Part shown: positions 44,685 through 54,000 of the stretch, piece after piece
Position numbering within the stretch: the stretch's first letter is position 1
Layout of the letters: each line of letters begins with the position of its first letter
IMG/VR virus record: IMGVR_UViG_3300037424_001177
Span: 32,001-96,000 of that record
DNA from: a virus
Reading direction: 5' to 3' (one strand)
DNA: 64,000 nucleotides
Position numbers and translations under genes: made by a program
Notes under the pieces: model-generated
Told to the model about the DNA's origin: nothing
What the model saw: the letters and a program-made list of their open reading frames with translations, nothing else
Database searches by the model: none

Positions 44685-46592
44685 ATGGATACCTCGGATG
44701 TGACCGGCACGGTCACGGCGGACAGGGCTGCCTTGGATGCAGCTATGGCAGAGCGTCAGGCACGTCTGGCTAACTCCCCGGATCTTTGGAACCGTCTTTG
44801 GAAAGACAAGGATCAAGAGGAGTGGCGTAAACAAGCGTTGAGTCAAGTTTACACGAGGATTGAACGCATTCTTCCGTACCATACCCGTGTCGTAGATCTC
44901 GGTGGCGGTACAGGGGTTTTGGGAGCACGTCTTAGAGATACCCGAAAAGCCAGCGTCCTGGTTGTTGATCACAGTACGGAGGCTTTGCAGCAAGCTAAGG
45001 AAAAAGACCTCGAGACAGTGGTCGCGGACTTGAATCAGGAATCTGAAATCCGTCGAGTGCTAACAGGTCGCGCCTTGGTTGGTACCAACGGTGACTTGAT
45101 GCACCAAGAGCCCCCAGCAATAGTGATAGCGACAGAGTTCGTCGAGCACATGAGTGCTGAGACGCGGGCCTTGATCTTCAAGTTGGCGGCTCAAGAGGGA
45201 CGAGCGTTGCTCTCGGTACCGAATGATCGTTTAGGTCCTGATGAAGAACCTCAGCACACCGTGAAATACAATGCCATGAGCTTCAAGCGTGACTTGGCAC
45301 AATACTTCAAAGATGTGCGAATCGAGGTACTCGGCCCGTATTTGTTAGCGGTCTGCGGTTTCCCTAAGCCGTTCACATTGTCTGTGACGATGCCTGTTCG
45401 TGACGAGGCTGAGGACCTCGAAGCAACGCTTGCAAGCTTTCGCGGAGTCGCTGATGAGATGGTGATCGGAATCGATCCGAGAACTGTCGACAACACACGA
45501 GAGATCGCTGAGAAGTACGCAGACGTAGTATTCGATTTGGATCAGCCTTCAGGCCCGCCGAAGATGGGTACAGGTGAGCTGAGCGAGCCAGATCAATCAG
45601 TTTCTGAAGAAGAGAAAATCCAAAAGCAGATCCATTTTGCGTGGGTTCGCAACCAGTGCTTGGATCACTGCACGTCTGACTGGATTTTCATGACGGAAGG
45701 TCATGAAAGATTGATTTCAGGCTTTGAAGCATTGCTTGGGCTTGATCAGCTGCCGAAGGGCGCGAAAGTTGGCGTTGTTTTTCGTACAGGTACAGGTCAA
45801 CGGTGGGTGTTTCCTTGGCTCTGTCGTAACGACCCGAAGATTCGCTACACACGCGGGACACACAACACATTGGACTATCCGCCGGATTATCTGGCGATCA
45901 CACTGCCGCAGGTTCAAACCTTACATGAACGTGCAAAGGATCGTGAGCTGGCGCGACAGAAGCAGCGGAAGGTACAGAACCGCAAGTCGTTGATGGACGA
46001 TTGGGTCACAAATCACAACGAGAACTCGTTACACTATTTGGGTGCTGAGTGGCGAGAGCATGATCCAAAGCGTGCGATTGCACGACTCGAAGAGTTCTTG
46101 TCGTTGCCACCCAAGAACGGACCTCTTCGATATCACACACGACTGGTGCTCGCGAAGCTCTATACTCAAGAGCAGCAGTGGGGGAAGGCCAGAGAGGCGT
46201 TGATCCGCGCCACTGAGGACGACTGGAGTCGTACTGAGCATTGGCTTCGTCTCGGAGATTTGGCTTACATTGCCGAGCGATACGAAGAGGCACTGGCTTT
46301 TTATCTCTACGCTTCGACCACGATAGGCACTCCCCCCTTCACAATCTGGTGGATCGACATGGCTAGCTATACTTGGCTGCCGTGCCAGCGACTGGCCACT
46401 GTTTTTGCCGAATTGGGGAAGCTTGACGAAAGTCTTTATTACGCCCGCAGAGTGTTAGAGCTGCTTCCAGACGATGCCGAATCCGTGGCGTTCGAGGAGG
46501 CGCAAGCCAATATCAAATTGTTGGAGGAAACACTCAATGCAGCCCATCGAAGCAACGGAGACCCTGACGGCCCGCGGGATCTTCACAGTTGA
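44685..46592 (+). CDS. class I SAM methyltransferase + GT2 glycosyltransferase + TPR fusion
   Basis: VVDLGGGTG, VVDHS, TEFVEH (MTase); LSVTMPVRDE, DEMVIGID...DNT.EIA, HFAWVRN..L..CT.DWIF (GT2); C-terminal helical TPR-like repeats; SD AAGGAG. Confidence 0.85.
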   Translation: MDTSDVTGTVTADRAALDAAMAERQARLANSPDLWNRLWKDKDQEEWRKQALSQVYTRIERILPYHTRVVDLGGGTGVLGARLRDTRKASVLVVDHSTEALQQAKEKDLETVVADLNQESEIRRVLTGRALVGTNGDLMHQEPPAIVIATEFVEHMSAETRALIFKLAAQEGRALLSVPNDRLGPDEEPQHTVKYNAMSFKRDLAQYFKDVRIEVLGPYLLAVCGFPKPFTLSVTMPVRDEAEDLEATLASFRGVADEMVIGIDPRTVDNTREIAEKYADVVFDLDQPSGPPKMGTGELSEPDQSVSEEEKIQKQIHFAWVRNQCLDHCTSDWIFMTEGHERLISGFEALLGLDQLPKGAKVGVVFRTGTGQRWVFPWLCRNDPKIRYTRGTHNTLDYPPDYLAITLPQVQTLHERAKDRELARQKQRKVQNRKSLMDDWVTNHNENSLHYLGAEWREHDPKRAIARLEEFLSLPPKNGPLRYHTRLVLAKLYTQEQQWGKAREALIRATEDDWSRTEHWLRLGDLAYIAERYEEALAFYLYASTTIGTPPFTIWWIDMASYTWLPCQRLATVFAELGKLDESLYYARRVLELLPDDAESVAFEEAQANIKLLEETLNAAHRSNGDPDGPRDLHS

Positions 46593-47025
46593 AGTCATTC
46601 GTTCCGGAAAGCACGGGCCAAAGGTCGTTCAGCGTCGGACCGCGTTGAACTTGGTCGTGAATACTGGCAAGCGCCAAATCTGGCGCCAGGCCACAGGCCT
46701 GAACGCTAACGACTTCGATCAGATGAGGATCGGAACGTCGGGTGTGGCGGCTAACAGCGGTCACACGAACGTGGTTTCGCCGGTGACGGGTACTCTCAAT
46801 ACCGTTGACAGCAAAACCCTTTTGGCGGCCACCAGGACGTTCCAGTGGGTGATCTCGTATGCTTCCGGCGCAGGTACGAAGTCGGCGACCAACATCCGTG
46901 AGGTCGTTGTGCTGAACCAGAACACGAGCCCCGGTGGTTCGGCTTTGTCGCGGTCTACGTTCACGGCAGTGAACAAGACTACCGCGGACAAGCTTAGAAT
47001 CACATATAGAGCACGCGTAACCTGA
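46537..47025 (+). CDS. putative tail-associated structural protein
   Basis: NLVVNTG, M.IGTS, IREV...N, R..F.AVNKT..D.L.ITY pattern seen in tail fiber/baseplate-region proteins. Confidence 0.6.
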   Translation: MQPIEATETLTARGIFTVEVIRSGKHGPKVVQRRTALNLVVNTGKRQIWRQATGLNANDFDQMRIGTSGVAANSGHTNVVSPVTGTLNTVDSKTLLAATRTFQWVISYASGAGTKSATNIREVVVLNQNTSPGGSALSRSTFTAVNKTTADKLRITYRARVT

Positions 47026-47066
47026 TTTTCTTGACCGTTGGTTGAGTTTTTGACATCCTTCGTTGG

Positions 47067-47497
47067 GTGAGCAAGAAGATCAACTTAACAGGTCAGACTT
47101 TCGGATCACTCCAAGTTGTTGGCGAAGCGTCGAATCCATCTGGTGGGGAGGCCAGGTGGATTTGTCGTTGCTTAGCTTGCGAGAAACCAAATCACGTAGT
47201 TAGGGGGACCCTTCTACGTGATGGTAGGGCCAAGTCTTGCGGTTGTCAGATAGGTGGATCTGATGATCTTACGGACCAGCGATTTGGTCGTTGGTCCGTA
47301 TTTCATCGGTGTGCTGCCCCTGCGATAAAAGGCAGGAGGACCCCCCACAGGTCGAAGTGCTTGGTGGTGGTGTCGTTGCACTTGTCCAAACACACACAGG
47401 GCACAGTCCTTACGTCTTGGATAAGGACGTTCGCTCACGTCATGCTCGCTTAGCTCACGCAAGTCAGCGACGATACGGGTACAAGATCAACCGATGA
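47067..47497 (+). pseudogene. decayed homing-endonuclease-type gene (N-terminal Cys repeat region), frameshifted
   Basis: NLTGQTFGSL.V..WICRC..C...L..G..KSCGC, then a second repeat DLTDQRFGRW whose WWCRCTC continuation lies in another frame with a stop. No intact nuclease domain. Confidence 0.6.
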
Positions 47498-47644
47498 GGT
47501 GCTGCGTCTGAAGCAAATCACGGGCCTGGCGGAGCTTTTCGTCGACCGAGAGTTCTCTGAGGCCTGGGACTCACCCTAGTTGTTGCGACGCTCAGTATCG
47601 AACAAAGTAGAGCCTTTGTTGAGCTGGTGTAAAGTGAGCCTTCT

Positions 47645-48331
47645 ATGTCGATTTTGTTGACCGGATCCAATTGGGTCAGTTGTGGGGATAATCACGATAC
47701 GACGAACAACATGACGGTCACGGCCTGGATCCGTCGTGACAGCACAGGATCGCGTGACGAGATCATTTCCAAAGAGAGTAGTCTCGGATCAGGATTGGGG
47801 TGGGAATTCAGCGTTCTGGGATCCAACGTCTTAGAGTTCGGTACTTTTAATGGGTCCTATCCCGTCGCTGTGGGAGCTACAACCATCTCGGCTAATACGA
47901 CGTACTTTGTTGTCGGAATCCGAGATGGCACTACGGAACATCGAGTCTACGTGAATGGTGTGGAGGACGGCTCTGGAGGTGTCCCAACTTCGGTTGGGGC
48001 TAACACCTCTAATCTGCTAATCGGGGCTAGTCCGGTTGCCGGTGGTCGTGAATTTGGTGGTTATCTGGAAGACATTCGGCTCTACACCAGGGTTCTGTCA
48101 GACAACGAAATCCAGGCTTTGTCTACGGCTCGTGGTAGCGACCACATCGTCAACGGCCTACAGAGCCGATGGAAGCTCAACCACGGCTCGCCAGGGACTT
48201 CTATGAACGGAATCTCACTTCGCGACGTTGGGATCGCAGGTATCCACGGATCATCTGTAGCGTCACCTACTCATGGAACTTTTGAATTTTTCCTGGTTCG
48301 ACCTCGTGCCCGAAGAGGCCGTGGTGCCTAA
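47645..48331 (+). CDS. LamG/concanavalin A-like lectin domain protein
   Basis: TVTAWI, YFVVG.RDG....VYVNG, L.IG, F.GYLEDIRLY.RVLS..EI. Confidence 0.85.
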   Translation: MSILLTGSNWVSCGDNHDTTNNMTVTAWIRRDSTGSRDEIISKESSLGSGLGWEFSVLGSNVLEFGTFNGSYPVAVGATTISANTTYFVVGIRDGTTEHRVYVNGVEDGSGGVPTSVGANTSNLLIGASPVAGGREFGGYLEDIRLYTRVLSDNEIQALSTARGSDHIVNGLQSRWKLNHGSPGTSMNGISLRDVGIAGIHGSSVASPTHGTFEFFLVRPRARRGRGA

Positions 48332-48333
48332 AT

Positions 48334-48579
48334 TCATTCTTCGCTGTCCGTGTAGTGTACTGCCGCGTCACGTCGTTCTTGTTTCTCACCCTCAGCTTGC
48401 GCGATCTCCTCTGAGAAGATGTCTTCAACAAAACTTCGCGGACTCTGTTGCGCTTTGTAAGCTTCTTGACTCATGCGGAAGATTTCGTAAGGATCGTCGG
48501 AATCCCACAAGTCGTCAATGAGTAGTCCGATGTCCTCTAGCGTCGTGAGGCAGGCTTGCTTCCATTCTGTGTAAGTCAT
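48334..48579 (-). CDS. hypothetical protein
   Basis: MTYTEWK start overlaps the stop of the preceding minus-strand gene. Confidence 0.5.
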   Translation of the reverse strand: MTYTEWKQACLTTLEDIGLLIDDLWDSDDPYEIFRMSQEAYKAQQSPRSFVEDIFSEEIAQAEGEKQERRDAAVHYTDSEE

Positions 48580-48893
48580 GCGTTGAGTTCGGCTGTGGCT
48601 GCGGCGTCCCAATTTTCTGGCGTGTTGTTCTCGAGCCAGAAGGCATCGATCTCTTCCGTTTCATTTCGGTAACTGGCTTGAACGTCGTAGTATGTCCCGT
48701 AATCGTGCTCGTTACCGATAATGACGAGACGACATGTAGGCTCTGCACCATCATGATTGGCTGCGAAATGGCGCTCTAGCTGGGCCTTGAAAGCCTTGAG
48801 TTCTTTCTTGACGAGTTCGTCGTAGCCAGGCTGTCCGAGCTGTGCGCAGTCTTCGCCCCAAGGAGTACAACCGATTGTGATTTTGGAAGCCAT
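48576..48893 (-). CDS. conserved phage hypothetical protein
   Basis: IGCTP..EDCAQLG...Y and HDYGTYYDV..WLENN.PE.WD motifs. Confidence 0.6.
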   Translation of the reverse strand: MASKITIGCTPWGEDCAQLGQPGYDELVKKELKAFKAQLERHFAANHDGAEPTCRLVIIGNEHDYGTYYDVQASYRNETEEIDAFWLENNTPENWDAAATAELNA

Positions 48894-48900
48894 GTTGGTA

Positions 48901-49935
48901 CTACGAATCAGAAACGTCAGAAATTGAATCGAAGTTGTGGAGCGCGGAGAGCGTTTCGTCCATTTCGGTATGGAGGCAGTGTGGACTGAACCAAATTGTC
49001 TCTTCGTGGCGCGTACGACTGCGGTTCTTTCCGCGTGAGTAGCCGGAAGCCCCCGTCCAACGATGGACACGCCAAGTCGCCGGCATGTGGCCGTCGTGCT
49101 CCGACGCAAGCCCACACAGTGCAATCCTGATGTCTGGGTCGTTGCCGTGCTCGAGAGCCCAAATGCGAACGCTTACTGCGAGGTTTTTGGTGTCCTCGAC
49201 GTAGAGGCCCGGGTCCCGCAACTCGTCGTCGTAGGGTGGATCGAGGAAGATAGCTGTAGGTCGTCTTCCTCCGACGTTCCTGCCCTTCCCGAGCGTCGAA
49301 TCCCCGAGTACCCTGGTCCAGTCGCCGTGAACCAATCGAACTCTCCTGAGGCGTTGTGAGAGCGTCTGAAACCATTCGAGCGCCGGTGGTGCCGTCAGGC
49401 CATTGAGGGCTCGGTCGTTTCCAATTGCCGGGAGGTGCGTTCCAAAGCTGTGCACACCATCTGCGTTCACGCCCCGGTCGCCGTCATGTAGGTGCGGCCT
49501 TTGTTGGTAGACGGTTTTGCACCATCCGCCGCCGATCCATTGGCAGATCCCCCAAACCCACCAGCCTGCGATTTTGGCGTCGTGGTAGTCGGGATCAGAT
49601 CGGAGTTTCTCGCGGAGATCGATCGATTGCTGGATAAGCCATGTGTGGCGCGCGTGGAGATCAAGTTCGGACACGGGGTAGTTGCACCATTCGGCTGTTT
49701 CTTGCGGGTTGTGTTTGATTGACCTCCAGAAATTGCAAATGTAGGAACAACCGTCGTTGACAGTTTCAATCTTTCCGGGCCCACCAGGACGTGCAAGAAG
49801 CACTGCACAAGAACCGCAGAACGGTTCTATGTAGTTCGGTACGTTTTCTCCGAACGCCTTCCAGACAGCTTGAGCGACCCGGCTCTTGCCGCCGAAGTAG
49901 GGGAATGGTGCTTTCAACACAGAAACACAGGACAC
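48901..49935 (-). CDS. D12-class N6-adenine DNA methyltransferase (Dam-like)
   Basis: FPYFGGKSR, YIEPFCGS, ETVND, FLDPPY. Confidence 0.9.
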   Translation of the reverse strand: MSCVSVLKAPFPYFGGKSRVAQAVWKAFGENVPNYIEPFCGSCAVLLARPGGPGKIETVNDGCSYICNFWRSIKHNPQETAEWCNYPVSELDLHARHTWLIQQSIDLREKLRSDPDYHDAKIAGWWVWGICQWIGGGWCKTVYQQRPHLHDGDRGVNADGVHSFGTHLPAIGNDRALNGLTAPPALEWFQTLSQRLRRVRLVHGDWTRVLGDSTLGKGRNVGGRRPTAIFLDPPYDDELRDPGLYVEDTKNLAVSVRIWALEHGNDPDIRIALCGLASEHDGHMPATWRVHRWTGASGYSRGKNRSRTRHEETIWFSPHCLHTEMDETLSALHNFDSISDVSDS

Positions 49936-49947
49936 CGGTCCCGTCGG

Positions 49948-50553
49948 CTATCGACGCTTGACAAATCTGACAGGTATTTTGTACTGTGTTTTTTCGTGCC
50001 GCGTGCGATCGCTGGCTGTCATGACGGCGACCGGGGTGTTGTAGTACCCGAGAAACCCAATGATCAAGTTTTGGATCAACGCATCAGGGTCCAGATCCAT
50101 GTCTTGGCCGTTAAGGGTAGAGGCTCTAAGAGCGTGTTTTCCTACTGCTCGAATTGCTTCTTCTAGAGCTTTTCGTCTCGGACTACCGTCGTCTGTACGC
50201 CACGGCATTGGAGGCTCATTGTGGCCTGGTTGTGTGAGCCAGTGGTCTTTCGGGAGAGGGAAGCTCCCCACTGCAAAAGCACTGCCGTTCGGTAGAACCG
50301 TGACGGGATCCAACTGAACTTCGGCCCGATGACGCTCAGCGATGCGTTGAGCTGCTGTCTTAGGTCTGGCTTTCCAGATCTTGAAGAGCCCCATGGTCTT
50401 TGGTTGTTTACGCCCCTTCGGTACGGGCTCGATTGTGACTGTCGGGTTCTGTTTTAAGTCGAGTCCGAAGCTGATGATTTTCGCTAATTTGTTCTTGTAT
50501 TTTCCGAAGTAGACCAAGTCACCGGCTCGGAAATATGTCGCATCGGTAGTCAC
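49948..50553 (-). CDS. hypothetical protein (SH3/KOW-like N-terminus)
   Basis: F.AGDLV.FGKYKN..AKI; KTAAQRIAERH linker. Confidence 0.55.
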   Translation of the reverse strand: MTTDATYFRAGDLVYFGKYKNKLAKIISFGLDLKQNPTVTIEPVPKGRKQPKTMGLFKIWKARPKTAAQRIAERHRAEVQLDPVTVLPNGSAFAVGSFPLPKDHWLTQPGHNEPPMPWRTDDGSPRRKALEEAIRAVGKHALRASTLNGQDMDLDPDALIQNLIIGFLGYYNTPVAVMTASDRTRHEKTQYKIPVRFVKRR

Positions 50554-50583
50554 TATCTAGAGCCCGCACAAAAGAACTTTCGC

Positions 50584-50898
50584 TCAGTTCGAGCCGAAAC
50601 CATCGAGTAGGCTTTGCAAGCGTACGACCAACGACTTTTGATCGTGAAGTTCCATCCCCGTAGTGTGTGTCTTGGCGTTCCCCTGGTTGGGCCGGATTTC
50701 GAATCCGTCGGGGGTCACATCAACGCGTACGTCGATTTGTTTGCAACTCACAACGAAGTACAGAGACGCGATGGTGCTTGGATTTCGAGGCGTGTGTGTG
50801 ACGTAGGCGACGAGTCGGAAGGTCTGCTTGAGGCAGCTCCCTAGAGACCTCATAAGCTCGTGCGCGAGCCGTTGGTGGTTTTGAATGTTGTGGGTCAT
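50584..50898 (-). CDS. hypothetical protein
   Basis: Minus-strand ORF in the same island. Confidence 0.4.
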   Translation of the reverse strand: MTHNIQNHQRLAHELMRSLGSCLKQTFRLVAYVTHTPRNPSTIASLYFVVSCKQIDVRVDVTPDGFEIRPNQGNAKTHTTGMELHDQKSLVVRLQSLLDGFGSN

Positions 50899-51034
50899 GA
50901 CAGGTCCAATCCTCGCTGGCACTTCGCCTTCTCTGTTTAACCTGGTCCAGAAACAGATGGAAGTCACTCCGCTTAGGCTGGAAATCACTTTTGATCCGGT
51001 TCGTTAGTAGGCGTTCGGATTTGGGCGGCAGTGT

Positions 51035-54000
51035 GTGATCGACGTTACACTAGACGATTCCATTGCGGTTGAGGACCCGCACACGCTCAGCGAGGTCATA
51101 TCGACCGGTACGCTTTACTCGGCGACTATTGACGAGTTCGACGTTCCGATCGCAGATGTTGCGTCGAGTGACAGCGCTTACGACCGATCAGCTACAGACT
51201 CTGTAGACACGACCGACACTTCATTTTCTGACTTGTTTTTCGATCGTGCAATCACAGATTCGGATGGTGTCAGTGACGCCCTGCTTGTTGATTTATTTTT
51301 TCAAAGGACAATCACGACCGATACCTTTGAAACGACTGATTCGCCTGCTCTCACGATTTTCTATGAACGAACAGTAGCGGACACTGTCTCGCTGACGGAT
51401 CTTCTTAGCGCAGGGAACTCGTATGACCGTGAGCTTTCTGATTCGGACTCGATCGTTGTAGCGGCTCCACTTACGAGTCTAGATTTCCAAAGAACGCTTT
51501 CGCCGGATGTTTTGGGCGCTGTCGATGAGCGGCTTGCCGAAACCGACTACGTACGTATCGTCAGCGACGTCTTCAGTGTCGTTGACCAACTAGTTATCGA
51601 GGGGTTCTACGCAGTAAACGACAACGTCAGCTTTACTGACGAGATTGCTGCAAGCACGGATTACGTTCGTGACGCGAGCGACACTGCGTCACTCACGGAT
51701 CAGGTCACTTCAGAGCCTAATGTTTCTGGGGACGACGCAATTTCCGTCACCGACCAATTGGAAGTTGTCACTAACTACGTACGAGATGTTTCGGACGCCC
51801 CGAGCTTTACCGATCAGATCAACACCGAGGCTGATACCGCTCGGGAAGCATCCGACACGATCAGTGTTTCGGACACCTCTTTGTTGGTCGAAACGGTCTT
51901 CCCTGTCGATACGATTTCAGTTTCCGACGAACTCACGAGAACCGCTGAGTTTCAGCGGAGTTCTGAAGACGCGGACTCGACTACTGATTCGACTGACCTT
52001 ACGACCTCCTACGAACGAGCAGTAGCGGACATTGTTTCGCTGACGGAGCTGCTTAGCGCAGGCAACTTGTACGAGCGGGAGCTTTCTGTCGCGATCGTTG
52101 TTACCGACACAACCACCATAGAGACGACACTTGGCGGTCTTGCTAGCGACGCGATCACCGTCGATGACACACTCTCGATCGATGTTCCTTACGAGCGATT
52201 CGCTACCGACACAGATACCGTATTGGACTCAGTTTCCGCTTCGGTGGCTGTCTCGGTTTTACTGGCGGACACTGCGTCGGTCACTGATCAAGTCCTTGTC
52301 ACGACTGAGCGTGGCGTCGTCGTTTCAGATTCGTTGTCGCTGACAGAAACGGTTCTGCGCGATGTCGACTGGGTACGAGAATTCCTCGAAACGCTCATTG
52401 TTTTTGACGATCTGACTGTTCTCTTGAATCGCCTGGTCGACGTTTCCTTGTCGGACGCTTTAGCTAGTCCGACGGATACCGTCTCGGCGGAATCGATCGA
52501 TGTCGACATTGATGTTGACGACACGATTTTCGACATTCCAGACGAGGTCTCTCGGGACTCTGACAACGTACGTGTTCTCGATGACGCTGCTGTCACGATT
52601 GTCGATACCGTCTTAGCTGAGCGTGCTGAGGTCGATCGGATCCTGTCTGATTCCGATACGGTCACAGACAGTGTCGCACGAGACTCAGACAATGTGCGAG
52701 TCCTCGAAGACATCGTTACAATATTTGAATTTGTAACGATTGAACTCGAGACTCCTGTGCCTGTCGTTGTTTCGAGCGATGGGTTCGGGTTCACGTTGAC
52801 CGTGCCTGAGCTGATGTTCGCCGGCGTTCAAGATCTCACACACTATCGACTTCTCGTATTACCTGGCGGTGTGCCTGCACAGGTTCAGCTGGCGAACCCT
52901 ATCGCGACCGTGCTCCAAACGGGCAGTACAGGGTTGCTGGTAGACGTACAGGACCCCAACTTTCTTTCGGACACTTTGCGTCTCGATGGTGGGTTCATCG
53001 GTCACGATGTTGGTTCCTACATTGAAATTCTCAATGGTCGTGTGCCGGGGATCTATCGGATCGTTTCGGTAGGTCCTATCATTGTGTCGGGAGACACCGT
53101 CGGTATTTCCGACCAAGTGAACGTCAACGGAACAGACTTTCCTGTCACAACCGGTTCTGCTTCGACTGCTGGACTAACTACAACCGACGTTCAGATCGAC
53201 CGTCGGTTACCTTTGGTGGACCCCCAGAACGGATCGCTCAGCTGGCGTCATCTCTCGGCCGTCGAACAGATAGCTTTTGAGACGACGAACAAGCTGACTA
53301 ATCAAGCGAACTACTTGCTTGAGATCCGAGGTCTCCGCACACGATCAGACACGCTGTTTGATTTCGATCACGTGTTTTACACGTCAGGCATTCTTGGTCC
53401 TCAAGTCCAGTCTGCGACAGCCACAGACGAAGGCGTTGTGACGGTTGTGTTTGATCAGCCGATGCGGACCAATGGTGTGTTCACGACGCCTGTTGAGTAT
53501 TCGATTACAGGTCCTACGGACGTTGCAATCAAGCGTGCGTGGTCGATCAGTCCAGAAAGCGTTTCTCTAGAAACGCTGGGACTTGGCAGTGGGTCATACC
53601 AGTTGACGGTCAATATTTTGGGTACGCCTACGGACGTGGCAGGTAACCCGACCGATCCGACTTTCAATACCGCAATCTTCTCGTCTTCTGTCCCTTTGAC
53701 TGTACGCAGTGTTTTCACAGATCGTGGTCCCATTGCCCGCCCACCGCTGGTTCTACAGAGGGGTTCCGGGGCTTCGATCACCAGTGTGTCACAGGTAACG
53801 TTGCCTGGTGCGACGCTCACAGCACAGCATGTCGGCTTGTACTTGCGTCTCGGATCTTTGGGACTTCCTCCAACGACGAGTTCGTCCGTGGTCGGGTTGG
53901 TTGTTCAGATCAACGATTCACTGTCCGCCGCGGACAGTGTGAAGCTGGAACTGATTACGGGTTCGGCTACCCGAACTGTCTACTCGACGGTTTCCGGCAC

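Noticed and set aside
50218-50227. 10-nt match (attgtggcct) to the sequence at the putative tnpB right end/guide (6921-6930)
   Set aside because: A 10-mer match is not unlikely by chance in 64 kb on both strands, and it does not extend.
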